From the IMG/VR virus record IMGVR_UViG_3300018405_000013: 64,000 nt of DNA; one strand, written 5' to 3'. Positions 55,279 to 64,000 of this stretch are shown here, one piece after another (position 1 is the first letter of the stretch; every line of letters begins with the position of its first letter). This DNA comes from an uncultured virus (IMG/VR IMGVR_UViG_3300018405_000013) (Duplodnaviria; Heunggongvirae; Uroviricota; Caudoviricetes). A program made the position numbers and the translations under genes. The notes under the pieces are model-generated. The model was not told the DNA's origin and did not search any database. It saw nothing but the letters and a program-made list of their open reading frames with translations.

Positions 55279-57252
55279 CTATTCATTGCTTTTTGAAATC
55301 ATTGAAAAAAAGACATCTTCGTTTATTATTTTAATACCAAGTTTTTTAGCTTCTTCGTTCTTTGTGGATTTCGAAGTCACATCATTGTTTATCAAATATA
55401 ACTCGCCGACTTTTGGCTTGCTTACTGATTTTACAAACTTTCCTCCCATCTCTTGTATTAATTTGACAAGATTTGCTCTTCGAATCTTGTTTAATTCACC
55501 AGTAACAGCAAATACTTTTCCAGACAACACATTTGAAATAACTTCTTCTTCTTTTTCAACTTCAAATGATAATTCTTTTGAAAGATTTTCAACCAATGAT
55601 ATATTTAAATCAAGGTAGTCAGAAATTGCACATTCGGTGATTGCGCCAACATCTTTTATGGTGCACCACTTAAAGAAGCTATAATAATATTCTATAAATT
55701 TAGATATATCACCAGAGCAATAATCTGATATTTTCTTACAGGTTCCTCTGCCGGTATATGGAATACCTAAAGATGTTAAAAACTTGGTTAATGTCGTATT
55801 TCTACTTACCTTTATTGCAGACATAAGATTACTATACGACAATTCACCAAATCCTTGGAGGTTTACAATTAAAGCCTTATTTTTCGCCCACATTTCATCA
55901 TCGTAAATATCTTCTATTTTATGAAGTATTCCAAGATCAACGAATCTTTCTATTGTGCTTTCACCTAAACCATCAATGTCCATTGAATCCTTTTCAGTAA
56001 AGTGTATAAGCGTGTTTATTAGTTTAGCCTTACATCCGCTTGTATTTGTGCAATGAAGTGTCTCGACACCGTCATTTTCAACAATATTAGCTTTGGCGCC
56101 ACATATTGGACACACTTCTGGTATTTCACAATTATTACTTTTGGTAAGATTTTCATATATCTGCGGAATTACCTTATTCGCCCTGTATACACTTATAGTA
56201 TCACCAATACCTAATCTTAATCTTTTTACGATTGATACATTATGAACACTCGCTCTAGTTGTCATTGCGCCATCCAAATCAACTTCTTCAAATATGGCAA
56301 CCGGATTAATTAACCCTGTTCTACTTGTATTCCATTCTATGCCAACCAATTTAGTTTCATATACTTCATCTTTCCATTTCAGCGCCATCCTGCAATTTTC
56401 ATATTTTGACGTTTTACCCAAGCTTATTGAATATGGAATACTATTATACTCAAATACTATTCCATCAACTGGATATTTATATTCTTCTGGATTAAATAAT
56501 TTAATAGAATCCTCTACGCCAAGTAAACATCTTTCTACAACAGTAAAACCAAAAGATTCAAGTAGTCTAAAATTGGTTTCTTTAAAATCATTGCCCAAGT
56601 CAGTAACACATTCAAACAGGATGAAGTCAAGATTTCTTTCTTTAACCAAGGCAGTATTAAGTTGTCTAATTGTTCCTGCGGCTAGATTTCTTGGGTGCGA
56701 ATATTTTTTATCAACATCCATATTTTCGTTTATCTTGTTGAAGTTTTCCCAAGAAATAACACATTCGCCACGAACAACTAGTTCACCTTTTCTTGGTATT
56801 GTTGTTGGCAGGTTTTTTATAAAAGATGCCTGTGCTGTAACATCTTCCCCATATTCACCATTTCCGCGTGTTAATGCTTGAAATAATTTTCCATCTCGAT
56901 ATGTTAATACTAATGTCAAACCATCTAATTTCCAACTTGCATATGACATTTTCTTGGTTGCAAAATTTTTAATTATTGAAACATCTTTTGTTTTATCACA
57001 AGACAACATTGGTTTCACATGCTTAACAACTGGCAACGATTCAAGAATTCCACCCTCTATATTTTTAGTTGGCGAATTAGACATTATGATATTCATTTTG
57101 TTTTCCAAGTCTAGTAATTCAGCATAATAATCGTCATACTGCTTATCTGTCAATACTGAATCATCATATTTATGATACATTATTGATGCATTATTCAAAA
57201 TCTTAATCAATGTATGCATCCTTTTAACATCTTTTAAATTACTTGTTTCCAT
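55279..57252 (-). CDS. ligA: NAD-dependent DNA ligase
   Basis: KLDG adenylation motif, TRGNG..GEDVT, VRGE, PRNLAAG, SRTG, C4 zinc finger, C-terminal BRCT. Confidence 0.95.
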   Translation of the reverse strand: METSNLKDVKRMHTLIKILNNASIMYHKYDDSVLTDKQYDDYYAELLDLENKMNIIMSNSPTKNIEGGILESLPVVKHVKPMLSCDKTKDVSIIKNFATKKMSYASWKLDGLTLVLTYRDGKLFQALTRGNGEYGEDVTAQASFIKNLPTTIPRKGELVVRGECVISWENFNKINENMDVDKKYSHPRNLAAGTIRQLNTALVKERNLDFILFECVTDLGNDFKETNFRLLESFGFTVVERCLLGVEDSIKLFNPEEYKYPVDGIVFEYNSIPYSISLGKTSKYENCRMALKWKDEVYETKLVGIEWNTSRTGLINPVAIFEEVDLDGAMTTRASVHNVSIVKRLRLGIGDTISVYRANKVIPQIYENLTKSNNCEIPEVCPICGAKANIVENDGVETLHCTNTSGCKAKLINTLIHFTEKDSMDIDGLGESTIERFVDLGILHKIEDIYDDEMWAKNKALIVNLQGFGELSYSNLMSAIKVSRNTTLTKFLTSLGIPYTGRGTCKKISDYCSGDISKFIEYYYSFFKWCTIKDVGAITECAISDYLDLNISLVENLSKELSFEVEKEEEVISNVLSGKVFAVTGELNKIRRANLVKLIQEMGGKFVKSVSKPKVGELYLINNDVTSKSTKNEEAKKLGIKIINEDVFFSMISKSNE

Positions 57253-57265
57253 TTTTCTTCTCCCT

Positions 57266-57583
57266 CTATAATAATTCTACATTATAATCACAAGTTTTAA
57301 TTCCGGCAAATTTATTATTCCATATACTCGCCACTTCTTCTAAATTCATACATAGGTGAATGTGTGACCAATCATCATAACGTCCTGGATAATATCTTGA
57401 TATAACATTGTATTTCGTATAAAGTTTTACTTCATAGTAATTTGAGTGTCTTACGTTATTAATAGATACATTTGGATATTTCCCTTTATTATCCTTATAT
57501 ACTATTGCTGTAATTTTATTAAAAGTTAGCTTATATGAAATAAGACGCCCGTGATTACATTTTGATTTAAATAATTTAAACAT
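57266..57583 (-). CDS. Small protein, tag (YNVELL)
   Basis: Terminal motif; first gene after promoter 57612-57640. Confidence 0.75.
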   Translation of the reverse strand: MFKLFKSKCNHGRLISYKLTFNKITAIVYKDNKGKYPNVSINNVRHSNYYEVKLYTKYNVISRYYPGRYDDWSHIHLCMNLEEVASIWNNKFAGIKTCDYNVELL

Positions 57584-57611
57584 ATTCGTCCACCTTTTTA
57601 ACTATACTATA

Positions 57612-57640
57612 ATTATATCAAAAAATACCAAGAATGTCAA
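57612..57640 (-). promoter_or_regulatory. SigA-type promoter
   Basis: TTGACA-17-TATAAT with TG. Confidence 0.85.
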
Positions 57641-57659
57641 GTTCTTGGTATTTTAAAAA

Positions 57660-58040
57660 TTATACTAAATTTAATTCTTTTAATTTTGGCAATATTAAAT
57701 ATTCTAATTCTGGACAATATACATATAATGTTTGATATGCATTTAAGGGCTTATCTGGTTTGGTAAATCTTGCACTTTCCCAATCAATAACCATTGACAA
57801 AATATCCTTATGTGTTCTTTTATGATGCGAGGAATACCATCTGTGTATATTATTTATGGTATTAGTTCCTAAAAACGGAAGAAATGCATACATTAACAAT
57901 TTATCTGCATCATGAAACATGCTTTTAAATCTAAATTTTCCTGTAAGGTTCTTTTCGCACTTGCAAAATGCTACAATGTGTTTACTGGTATACGGGATAT
58001 GCGCATAGCTATTTTTAATGTTTTTTATAATATTAGTCAA
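57660..58040 (-). CDS. HD-fold-like small protein
   Basis: H...HDADK...HR...HH...DW His/Asp pattern. Confidence 0.6.
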   Translation of the reverse strand: MTNIIKNIKNSYAHIPYTSKHIVAFCKCEKNLTGKFRFKSMFHDADKLLMYAFLPFLGTNTINNIHRWYSSHHKRTHKDILSMVIDWESARFTKPDKPLNAYQTLYVYCPELEYLILPKLKELNLV

Positions 58041-58046
58041 TTAAAT

Positions 58047-58691
58047 TTATCCTCCATTATTCTTTATGTATTCAATAAAATCATCCCACAAACCGTTATA
58101 GTATATGAAATTCTTAGCCGGTATTTCTGATGCACTTAATTTGTTTAACAGATTGTTTTTCTGCGTTGTCTTTGAAGTTATAAATTCAATATATATTTTT
58201 TTGTATTTAGAAATTGGTATTTTTAACTCTTTTCCGATATTCGTAAATTCTTCGCTTTTAACATCCGGTATATCATATGTTCCTGGAAGGTTTTTTATAT
58301 CTGTTGGTGAAGTAGTATAACCCGCTTTCAAAAAATTACAATATGCATCAACCGCATCAATATCCTTCATATCGAATGTTAACACGACTTCTGCATCAGT
58401 TACATCGTAATCAATAACAACATTTTCTGATTTTAATTTATCCAAAATGGAATTTCCACTTTTCAATGAAAATATATATAACATATATATGTTATCATAA
58501 GAATGGTGAACTTCGCAAATTCCTTTTTTCCCCGATAAATAATAGTCATCAAAATTTGGGTCAAGTGCCCAATTTTCCAATCTTGGAAAATCGTTTGTAA
58601 CAGTGTCATATTTAGCAAATATCCTATACCCTAAATCTTGCAGTTGAAATATGGGATTTTCATATTCTGTTTCTAATTTTTTTTTCTTCAT
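58047..58691 (-). CDS. Hypothetical protein
   Basis: 214-aa ORF with RBS AGGAGG. Confidence 0.75.
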   Translation of the reverse strand: MKKKKLETEYENPIFQLQDLGYRIFAKYDTVTNDFPRLENWALDPNFDDYYLSGKKGICEVHHSYDNIYMLYIFSLKSGNSILDKLKSENVVIDYDVTDAEVVLTFDMKDIDAVDAYCNFLKAGYTTSPTDIKNLPGTYDIPDVKSEEFTNIGKELKIPISKYKKIYIEFITSKTTQKNNLLNKLSASEIPAKNFIYYNGLWDDFIEYIKNNGG

Positions 58692-58708
58692 ATATAATTA
58701 ATCACCTC

Positions 58709-60244
58709 CTATTTCAATGATACATTATATTGTTCTCTTTTAACACTATACTTATTGATTCTCCAAGACTTATTACCATTCCAAACTTCACATTCATAAT
58801 CTTCTGGTTCTGTTAAAATAGTGTCATATTGAAGCAATCTATTTTTATCAAAAAATCTTGCCCAAACTTTCAGTTCGCTAACTTTTCCTGTTCCAAAACT
58901 CATGCATTTCAAAATATATGAATAGATTTTTGACTTATCTCTTGTATATAACGGCTTTATGTTCACAATCAATAATTTATACCTATCCTTTGGACTATTA
59001 GTTTGGAAACTTATATATCCTAAATATTCTTGTTGCCAAGCCACCTTTGTTTTTATTTCAATATCTTTCATATCTTGTTCTTTAATGTATGATTCACATG
59101 ATGATAATATCGTATGTATATTTAACTTTCTATACGTTTTACCAGATTCGGTTAATTCTGAATTATTTTCAACAATTTCTCTTAAATATTCTACGCCGTT
59201 TAATTTATCATATGAAATTTGCTTTGCTTCACCATTTTTAAAGAACGTAAATACATTTACTATGGTTAATAATTCCTTAATATTTCCAAATTCAGAAAAG
59301 AATTCTAATTTAATAAGAATATCCAACTGTCTTGCATCAATTTCTATCTTATTTATATCTAACAATAATTCCATAAATGTCTTATATTTATTATCCCTTA
59401 GTGAATATAATCCTTCTGCGCATTTTTCAGATAAGAACTTTATAGATTGTAGACCTTTGTATATAACTTTATTTTCTTTATCAAACATATAGTCGGCTTT
59501 TGAATGTCTGAATTTTGGCGATGATACTGTAATTCCGAATATTCTCATTTCATCTAATAATTTAGACGTTCTTTCTTGGTCGTCTTTGTATATATTTAAT
59601 ACAACTGCAAAATATTCCATTGGATAATTCGCTTTTAAATAAGCACCATATACGGAATCATATGCGTAACCAAGAGCATGTGGGCTATTAAATCCATAAG
59701 CTAAACAATCTTGTATCATTGTCCATATTTCATCAAATTTATCAATACTACCAGTTTTTTTAATCCAGTTTTCTCTTAAACCCTCTTCTAGTTTATCAAA
59801 ATCAGATTGTTTAATTTTCTTTTTAGATATTTTTTTGATTAAACCAATAGAATCTGCGGGTGAAATTCCAAGCCATTCAAAATATTGCATCAAATTTTCT
59901 TGGAATAATACGTAATGGTCAGTATGTGTAAATAAATCATCCATTTCTTTTACACCATTTGTATATGGCTGTCTGTTTATAAATGTATCACGCCAAGAAT
60001 TGAATGATGGTCTTATTGCCGCGCATAGTTTAGCGATATCTTCTATACTTTTTGGTTTATATGTTCTGGCTAACTGTGTCCCCCAATGAGAATCGACTTG
60101 GTTGACGGTGCAGGTTAATCCTTCGCTATAAATATTCCAAACTTTTTCATCTAATCTACTTCTTAGTTCTTTAAGTGATAAAATTGGTTGGTCTATCATA
60201 TTGAACACTTGTGATATAATGTCCCATACTGAAACTACTAAATA
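58709..60244 (-). CDS. dnaE: DNA polymerase III alpha, exon 2
   Basis: Begins YLVVSVW (completes KND|YL); LFQE, YGFNSPHALGY, YLKANYP, GLQSIK. Confidence 0.9.
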   Translation of the reverse strand, partial: YLVVSVWDIISQVFNMIDQPILSLKELRSRLDEKVWNIYSEGLTCTVNQVDSHWGTQLARTYKPKSIEDIAKLCAAIRPSFNSWRDTFINRQPYTNGVKEMDDLFTHTDHYVLFQENLMQYFEWLGISPADSIGLIKKISKKKIKQSDFDKLEEGLRENWIKKTGSIDKFDEIWTMIQDCLAYGFNSPHALGYAYDSVYGAYLKANYPMEYFAVVLNIYKDDQERTSKLLDEMRIFGITVSSPKFRHSKADYMFDKENKVIYKGLQSIKFLSEKCAEGLYSLRDNKYKTFMELLLDINKIEIDARQLDILIKLEFFSEFGNIKELLTIVNVFTFFKNGEAKQISYDKLNGVEYLREIVENNSELTESGKTYRKLNIHTILSSCESYIKEQDMKDIEIKTKVAWQQEYLGYISFQTNSPKDRYKLLIVNIKPLYTRDKSKIYSYILKCMSFGTGKVSELKVWARFFDKNRLLQYDTILTEPEDYECEVWNGNKSWRINKYSVKREQYNVSLK

Positions 60245-61431
60245 CGAAATACCGTTGCTTTCACAATACTTTAACACATTTTATTTCAAATGTCGGACTA
60301 GACTATTCCTTACGCATAGTATAAATACCTTAGCGTCACCTATTATAGTCGTTGAAGGTCTTTATTAATATCTTTAAATTTAATATACATTCTATATTTT
60401 CTATCTATATAAATATTGGCATCTTTATACAGATAATCTAGTATGGTATTTATGTCTGATCTACATGACGTGACGCATGTATAACATACATTGCCTTCTT
60501 TTACTATTTTGGTATGAAGATTAAACATATTATATATATACATAACAACATCATATGTTCCAGTATACCCCAGATGATATGTATGTTTTTTAAAATATGG
60601 GTATTTATATATTCTAAAACTACCATCCCCATCAAACATACCTCTAATAAAATATCGCTCTAATTCTTTAGGTATTGACTCGAGTATTTTTTCAATATTT
60701 ACATAATACGATTTTCTATTATTAAACCCAATGTTAATTAAGTCGTCACATATCTTTTTACACGTTATATTTAATAATGCATTGTTGTCTTTATATTTTA
60801 TATCCCCAGAGTATTCTAATTCTTTTTTTATTTGATGTAGAATATTTTCGTCAGATTTAACACAAGCAAACATTAATGCGTTATGTCCAACGTGGGCGTC
60901 TGCTAATATATATCCTAATATATATGCATTCGTTTCAGTCGCAACACTGGTAAAGTAATCAGTATTCAAATCATAGAATGAATTGCTTCTTTCCTTGCCT
61001 GTGTATATGTCAAAATATCTTAACCATCTTAATATTGTATCTGACCCACAGTCATAATATTTTGAGATTTTAGCCGAACTCATTTTTTCAATAACGTGCA
61101 TATTATACATATTATCTTTTTCTTTTTCCCAAAATTCTAAACTTCCGTTGCTTTTATGAATAAAACCCACTCCTTCCATATTTTTAATTTGCCAAATTTG
61201 TATATTATTATATTAATAAATTTCCATGCTCGTTATCCATTGCAATAACCCTTAGCACCTTATTTCCATAAGGCTTTTATTTCAGCTTAGGTCATATATT
61301 TATTTTTTTCTGCTTTCGCAACATTCACGCATATTGTTACCAATTACGTTGTAGTATAAATATCTTTAGGAACTTCGAGCAGTTTAAGGTGTTGTACTCC
61401 ACTATATTTCTATAATGGACGACTAAAATTA
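60245..61431 (-). ncRNA. Group I self-splicing intron in dnaE (1187 nt)
   Basis: P1 GAT|TA..TAGTC with U-G at the 5' splice site; P3 CACCT/AGGTG; P4 GCTCG/CGAGC; P7 GACTA/TAGTC; GAAA-capped 3' hairpin; terminal G; splicing restores the reading frame. Confidence 0.9.
60343..61179 (-). mobile_element. Intron-encoded double-motif LAGLIDADG homing endonuclease with N-terminal HTH-like segment
   Basis: AYILGYILADA and YFIRGMFDGDGS motifs; the ORF end overlaps the intron P7 strand. Confidence 0.85.
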
Positions 61432-63075
61432 ATCATTCTTTAGATATTTCCAAGTATCGGCCTCGTCGGATGTTATAATTGTGCAATAATTTTCACCAAG
61501 TTTAACAATTCCTAATTCTTCTTCTATATCACCATCGAATAGCAGATATGAACATGGATGGATTGATGCGCTTACTATTGTCCCCGACATTTCTTCTGCT
61601 TGTGCAATAATATCTTTCCATTTTTTATCATTTCTATATCCATCTATATTTTTAGCCACTTCATTGAAATCATCAAATTCCATGCCCATACTTCTACAGA
61701 TATTTCTAAAAGATTCACTTATCTGCATTGTGCCATATGCCATCATTGGTAAACAACCCAATTCACCAAGATAATCTTTACTTGCCCTTACAAATGGCTC
61801 TTGTGCTACTACATTTAAATCTATATCTGGATAACTGTGATTTTCTAATGTTCTTGCTACGGACATAAATCTAACTGGATATATTGGAATCTCTGTCGTA
61901 AATCTATCAAGCTGTGTTAAACCCATAAGTCTATTAAGATAAAAAGCGCCACAACTTCCTCTGCCAGACCTTGTTAATATTCCGCCGTATTTCTCAATCG
62001 CATCTTTAACAATATGGTAATCAAGTATAAAATAATCAGAAGTATGCATAACAGAAGTATCTTCGACAACTTTTAAACAATCTTCTATTTCTTTATGATA
62101 TTTCGGCAAATCCTTATCAGCTATACCATCTTCTATTTTTATTTTTTCAAAATTAGAATACGATAATTCCCTTAGTATTTTAAATTTTTCTTCTTCGCTC
62201 TTACCTTTATGTAGGGATGGCATTTTAGGGTCGAAATTTATGTCGATATCGTCACATAGCGCAAATATATTGGTATTTGTTATAGATAAAATAATCATTT
62301 CATTTGACAAAACACCCTGTTTCTCATATCTCTCAACCAATGTATTTATATGAGGATAGTCCAATATGAAAGAATCTTCATCATCATATTTAATCTTTTT
62401 TCCGCTTAATAATGTTTCTCTTTTTTTGCTATCTTCTGGATGGATGTAATGCGAGTCATTTGCAGAAATTATAGAAATTTCATATGTATCCTTATATTTT
62501 TCATATAATTCCAATACTTTTTTATTATGTTCAACTTGTTTTGTATGTGAATGTGCTTGAACCTCTAAAAATAATGAACTTTTAAAATGCTTCATCAATG
62601 GAATAAATATATCGTTAATACTATCATCATCTCTAATAATACCTGCGACACATGCAGTTGTTATGTAAATATCATCTGGTGAAATTTTCAATAAATCATC
62701 TAAAAATAATCTAGGTTTATAATAATAACCATTTCTATTAGCTGATGAGCTTGCCTTATTTAATTGTCTCCTTCCTTTATTTGTTCTTGCGATAAGGCAT
62801 ATATGATAATTGCTTCTGTCTTTTTCTAATGGGTCTTTTACAATATATCCTTCCATAGCAAATATGCATTTTAATTCGTATTTCATGCATAATTCTTTTG
62901 CTTCAAATATATCCCCACCATATCCGTGTTCTGTCGTAAAATAAGCTGTCTGATTTAATTCTTTAGCCCTCTTACAATATTCTTCAACCCTTGTATGTGT
63001 GTCGGGCGAAAATATATTAGACCTATGTGTGTGTTTGTGATAATTTTCATAGTTTTCGATATTTAATTTATTCAG
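61432..63075 (-). CDS. dnaE: DNA polymerase III alpha, exon 1 (PHP + palm); probable CTG start
   Basis: In-frame extension upstream of 62886 gives ENYHKHTHRS...TTEHG (PHP); also ANDSHY, SGRGS, PDIDL, SIHP; ends YLKND. Confidence 0.9.
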
Positions 63076-63104
63076 CTAAATCACACTCCTTTCGATGTAT
63101 AAAC

Positions 63105-63133
63105 AGTATAACACAGTTTGACTTATTTGTCAA
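63105..63133 (-). promoter_or_regulatory. SigA-type promoter of dnaE
   Basis: TTGACA-17-TATACT. Confidence 0.8.
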
Positions 63134-63177
63134 GACACTATATGTGGTATGTTAAAATTAACATACCACAACATTTA

Positions 63178-63360
63178 TCATCTAATTAACTTACCACAAG
63201 CCAAACATTTTCTTGCGCCGGTCATCCTATCTACATCATCAAGGTGGTTATGTGGACAAATATTTTGGATTTGTGATAATGCACACTCATATTCGCGCTT
63301 CTTATTTTGAAAATTCTCACTTAATGCCTCAACGATTACCTTTATATTTTCGTCTGTCAT
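63178..63360 (-). CDS. Small zinc-binding protein
   Basis: CPH...CLACG. Confidence 0.65.
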   Translation of the reverse strand: MTDENIKVIVEALSENFQNKKREYECALSQIQNICPHNHLDDVDRMTGARKCLACGKLIR

Positions 63361-63373
63361 ATCATACCTCTTT

Positions 63374-63595
63374 CTATTTCTTGTTTAATTTAGCAAATTC
63401 TATTTCTCTTCTTTTTATGATTCCTGTGATTAAATCAAGCTTTGCATTAATATTTTCTAAATTACTATTTTTTATATTATGCTGTGCAAATAACACAGAC
63501 AGTGCAATATCTAATGCTTTAACCTCTGATTCTGTTAATTCCAATGTGTAAGATGCCATAATAACTACCTCATATAAAAATATATGTATAACCAT
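63374..63595 (-). CDS. Hypothetical protein (start probably MASY)
   Basis: RBS GAGG before the internal ATG. Confidence 0.55.
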   Translation of the reverse strand: MVIHIFLYEVVIMASYTLELTESEVKALDIALSVLFAQHNIKNSNLENINAKLDLITGIIKRREIEFAKLNKK

Positions 63596-63616
63596 ACTAT
63601 AAGTATGGCTATATAA

Positions 63617-64000
63617 TTATTTTCTTCCCAATATAGACAAAACCCTAATAAACAGGTTAATTATATCCATATATATCGCAGTTGCACTATCTATTGCATT
63701 ATCAACTGTTTTACTAATCCTATTAGCCCTCTGCCAGTCATATCCGATATACCCACAGAAGATTAGTGCTACGATCCAATCTATAATTCCTGGATGCATA
63801 CCAAATAACGACAATCCAATTTCAACGACTATAACAGCAATAAGTGATACAAATAACACGCCACCAAGTTTAGAAAATATTTGTGGAAACAACGAACTTA
63901 AAAACATCATTATCAATGTAACGGTTCCTGTAACAAATATTGCCATAAATACTACGTCTGGATTATAACGGGCAATAAAAATATTTAAAAGCAAACCGAA
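63617..64000 (-). CDS. Bax inhibitor-1/YccA family membrane protein (5' truncated by window)
   Basis: Multi-TM; LIFCGYIGYD...A..IYMDIINLFIRVLSILG. Confidence 0.85.
   Translation of the reverse strand, partial: FGLLLNIFIARYNPDVVFMAIFVTGTVTLIMMFLSSLFPQIFSKLGGVLFVSLIAVIVVEIGLSLFGMHPGIIDWIVALIFCGYIGYDWQRANRISKTVDNAIDSATAIYMDIINLFIRVLSILGRK

Noticed and set aside
2630..57583. The tag as a DNA-level recombination site (integron attC-like) or DNA repeat
   Set aside because: Synonymous positions vary freely, stop codons differ (TAA/TAG/TGA), no flanking inverted-repeat structure is seen, and there is no integrase in the window.
60245..60277. N-terminus MLKYCESNGIS of the 58709-60277 ORF
   Set aside because: This is intron 3' sequence read in frame, not polymerase.
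60245..61431. Intein or naturally split dnaE
   Set aside because: The insert starts with an in-frame stop and lacks intein splice residues, while group I core pairings and splice-site rules are satisfied.
226..63551. Plus-strand ORFs in the ORF track (e.g. 226-510, 3736-4122, 17584-18027, 56294-56881, 58959-59492)
   Set aside because: They are antisense shadows of well-supported minus-strand genes, with Ser/Ile/Phe/Leu-rich composition and no convincing promoter or RBS context.
1..64000. Stop-codon reassignment (alternative genetic code)
   Set aside because: Long conserved genes (ligA, dnaE exons, helicase) are intact in code 11, and all three stops terminate genes right after the tag.

Overview
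Low-GC, gene-dense segment, almost entirely coded on the minus strand. It reads as part of a large lytic phage of a low-GC Firmicute (probably a clostridial host; inference). Recognisable genes: DnaE-type DNA polymerase split by a group I intron with a LAGLIDADG endonuclease, NAD-dependent ligase, SF2 helicase-like protein, LemA, lytic transglycosylase, metallophosphoesterase, two M20/M28-like peptidases, peptidase E, NADAR, NMN adenylyltransferase, orphan MazF, radical SAM enzyme and two GNATs. The main novelty: by my count 63 small proteins from at least eight unrelated sequence families end in the same C-terminal hexapeptide, [YF]-x-V-[DENS]-[LI]-[LIV]-COOH. It is encoded with varied synonymous codons, so it looks like a shared protein-level tag of unknown function. 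Other unannotated elements: a 33-aa peptide with two GHCY motifs behind the radical SAM gene, four promoters spaced 86-87 bp apart, a long hairpin RNA displaying an anti-Shine-Dalgarno loop, an anticodon-less tRNA-Pro-like element, and a repeat-rich, AT-rich candidate origin or genome-end region. All family calls are by motif recognition only; no searches were run.
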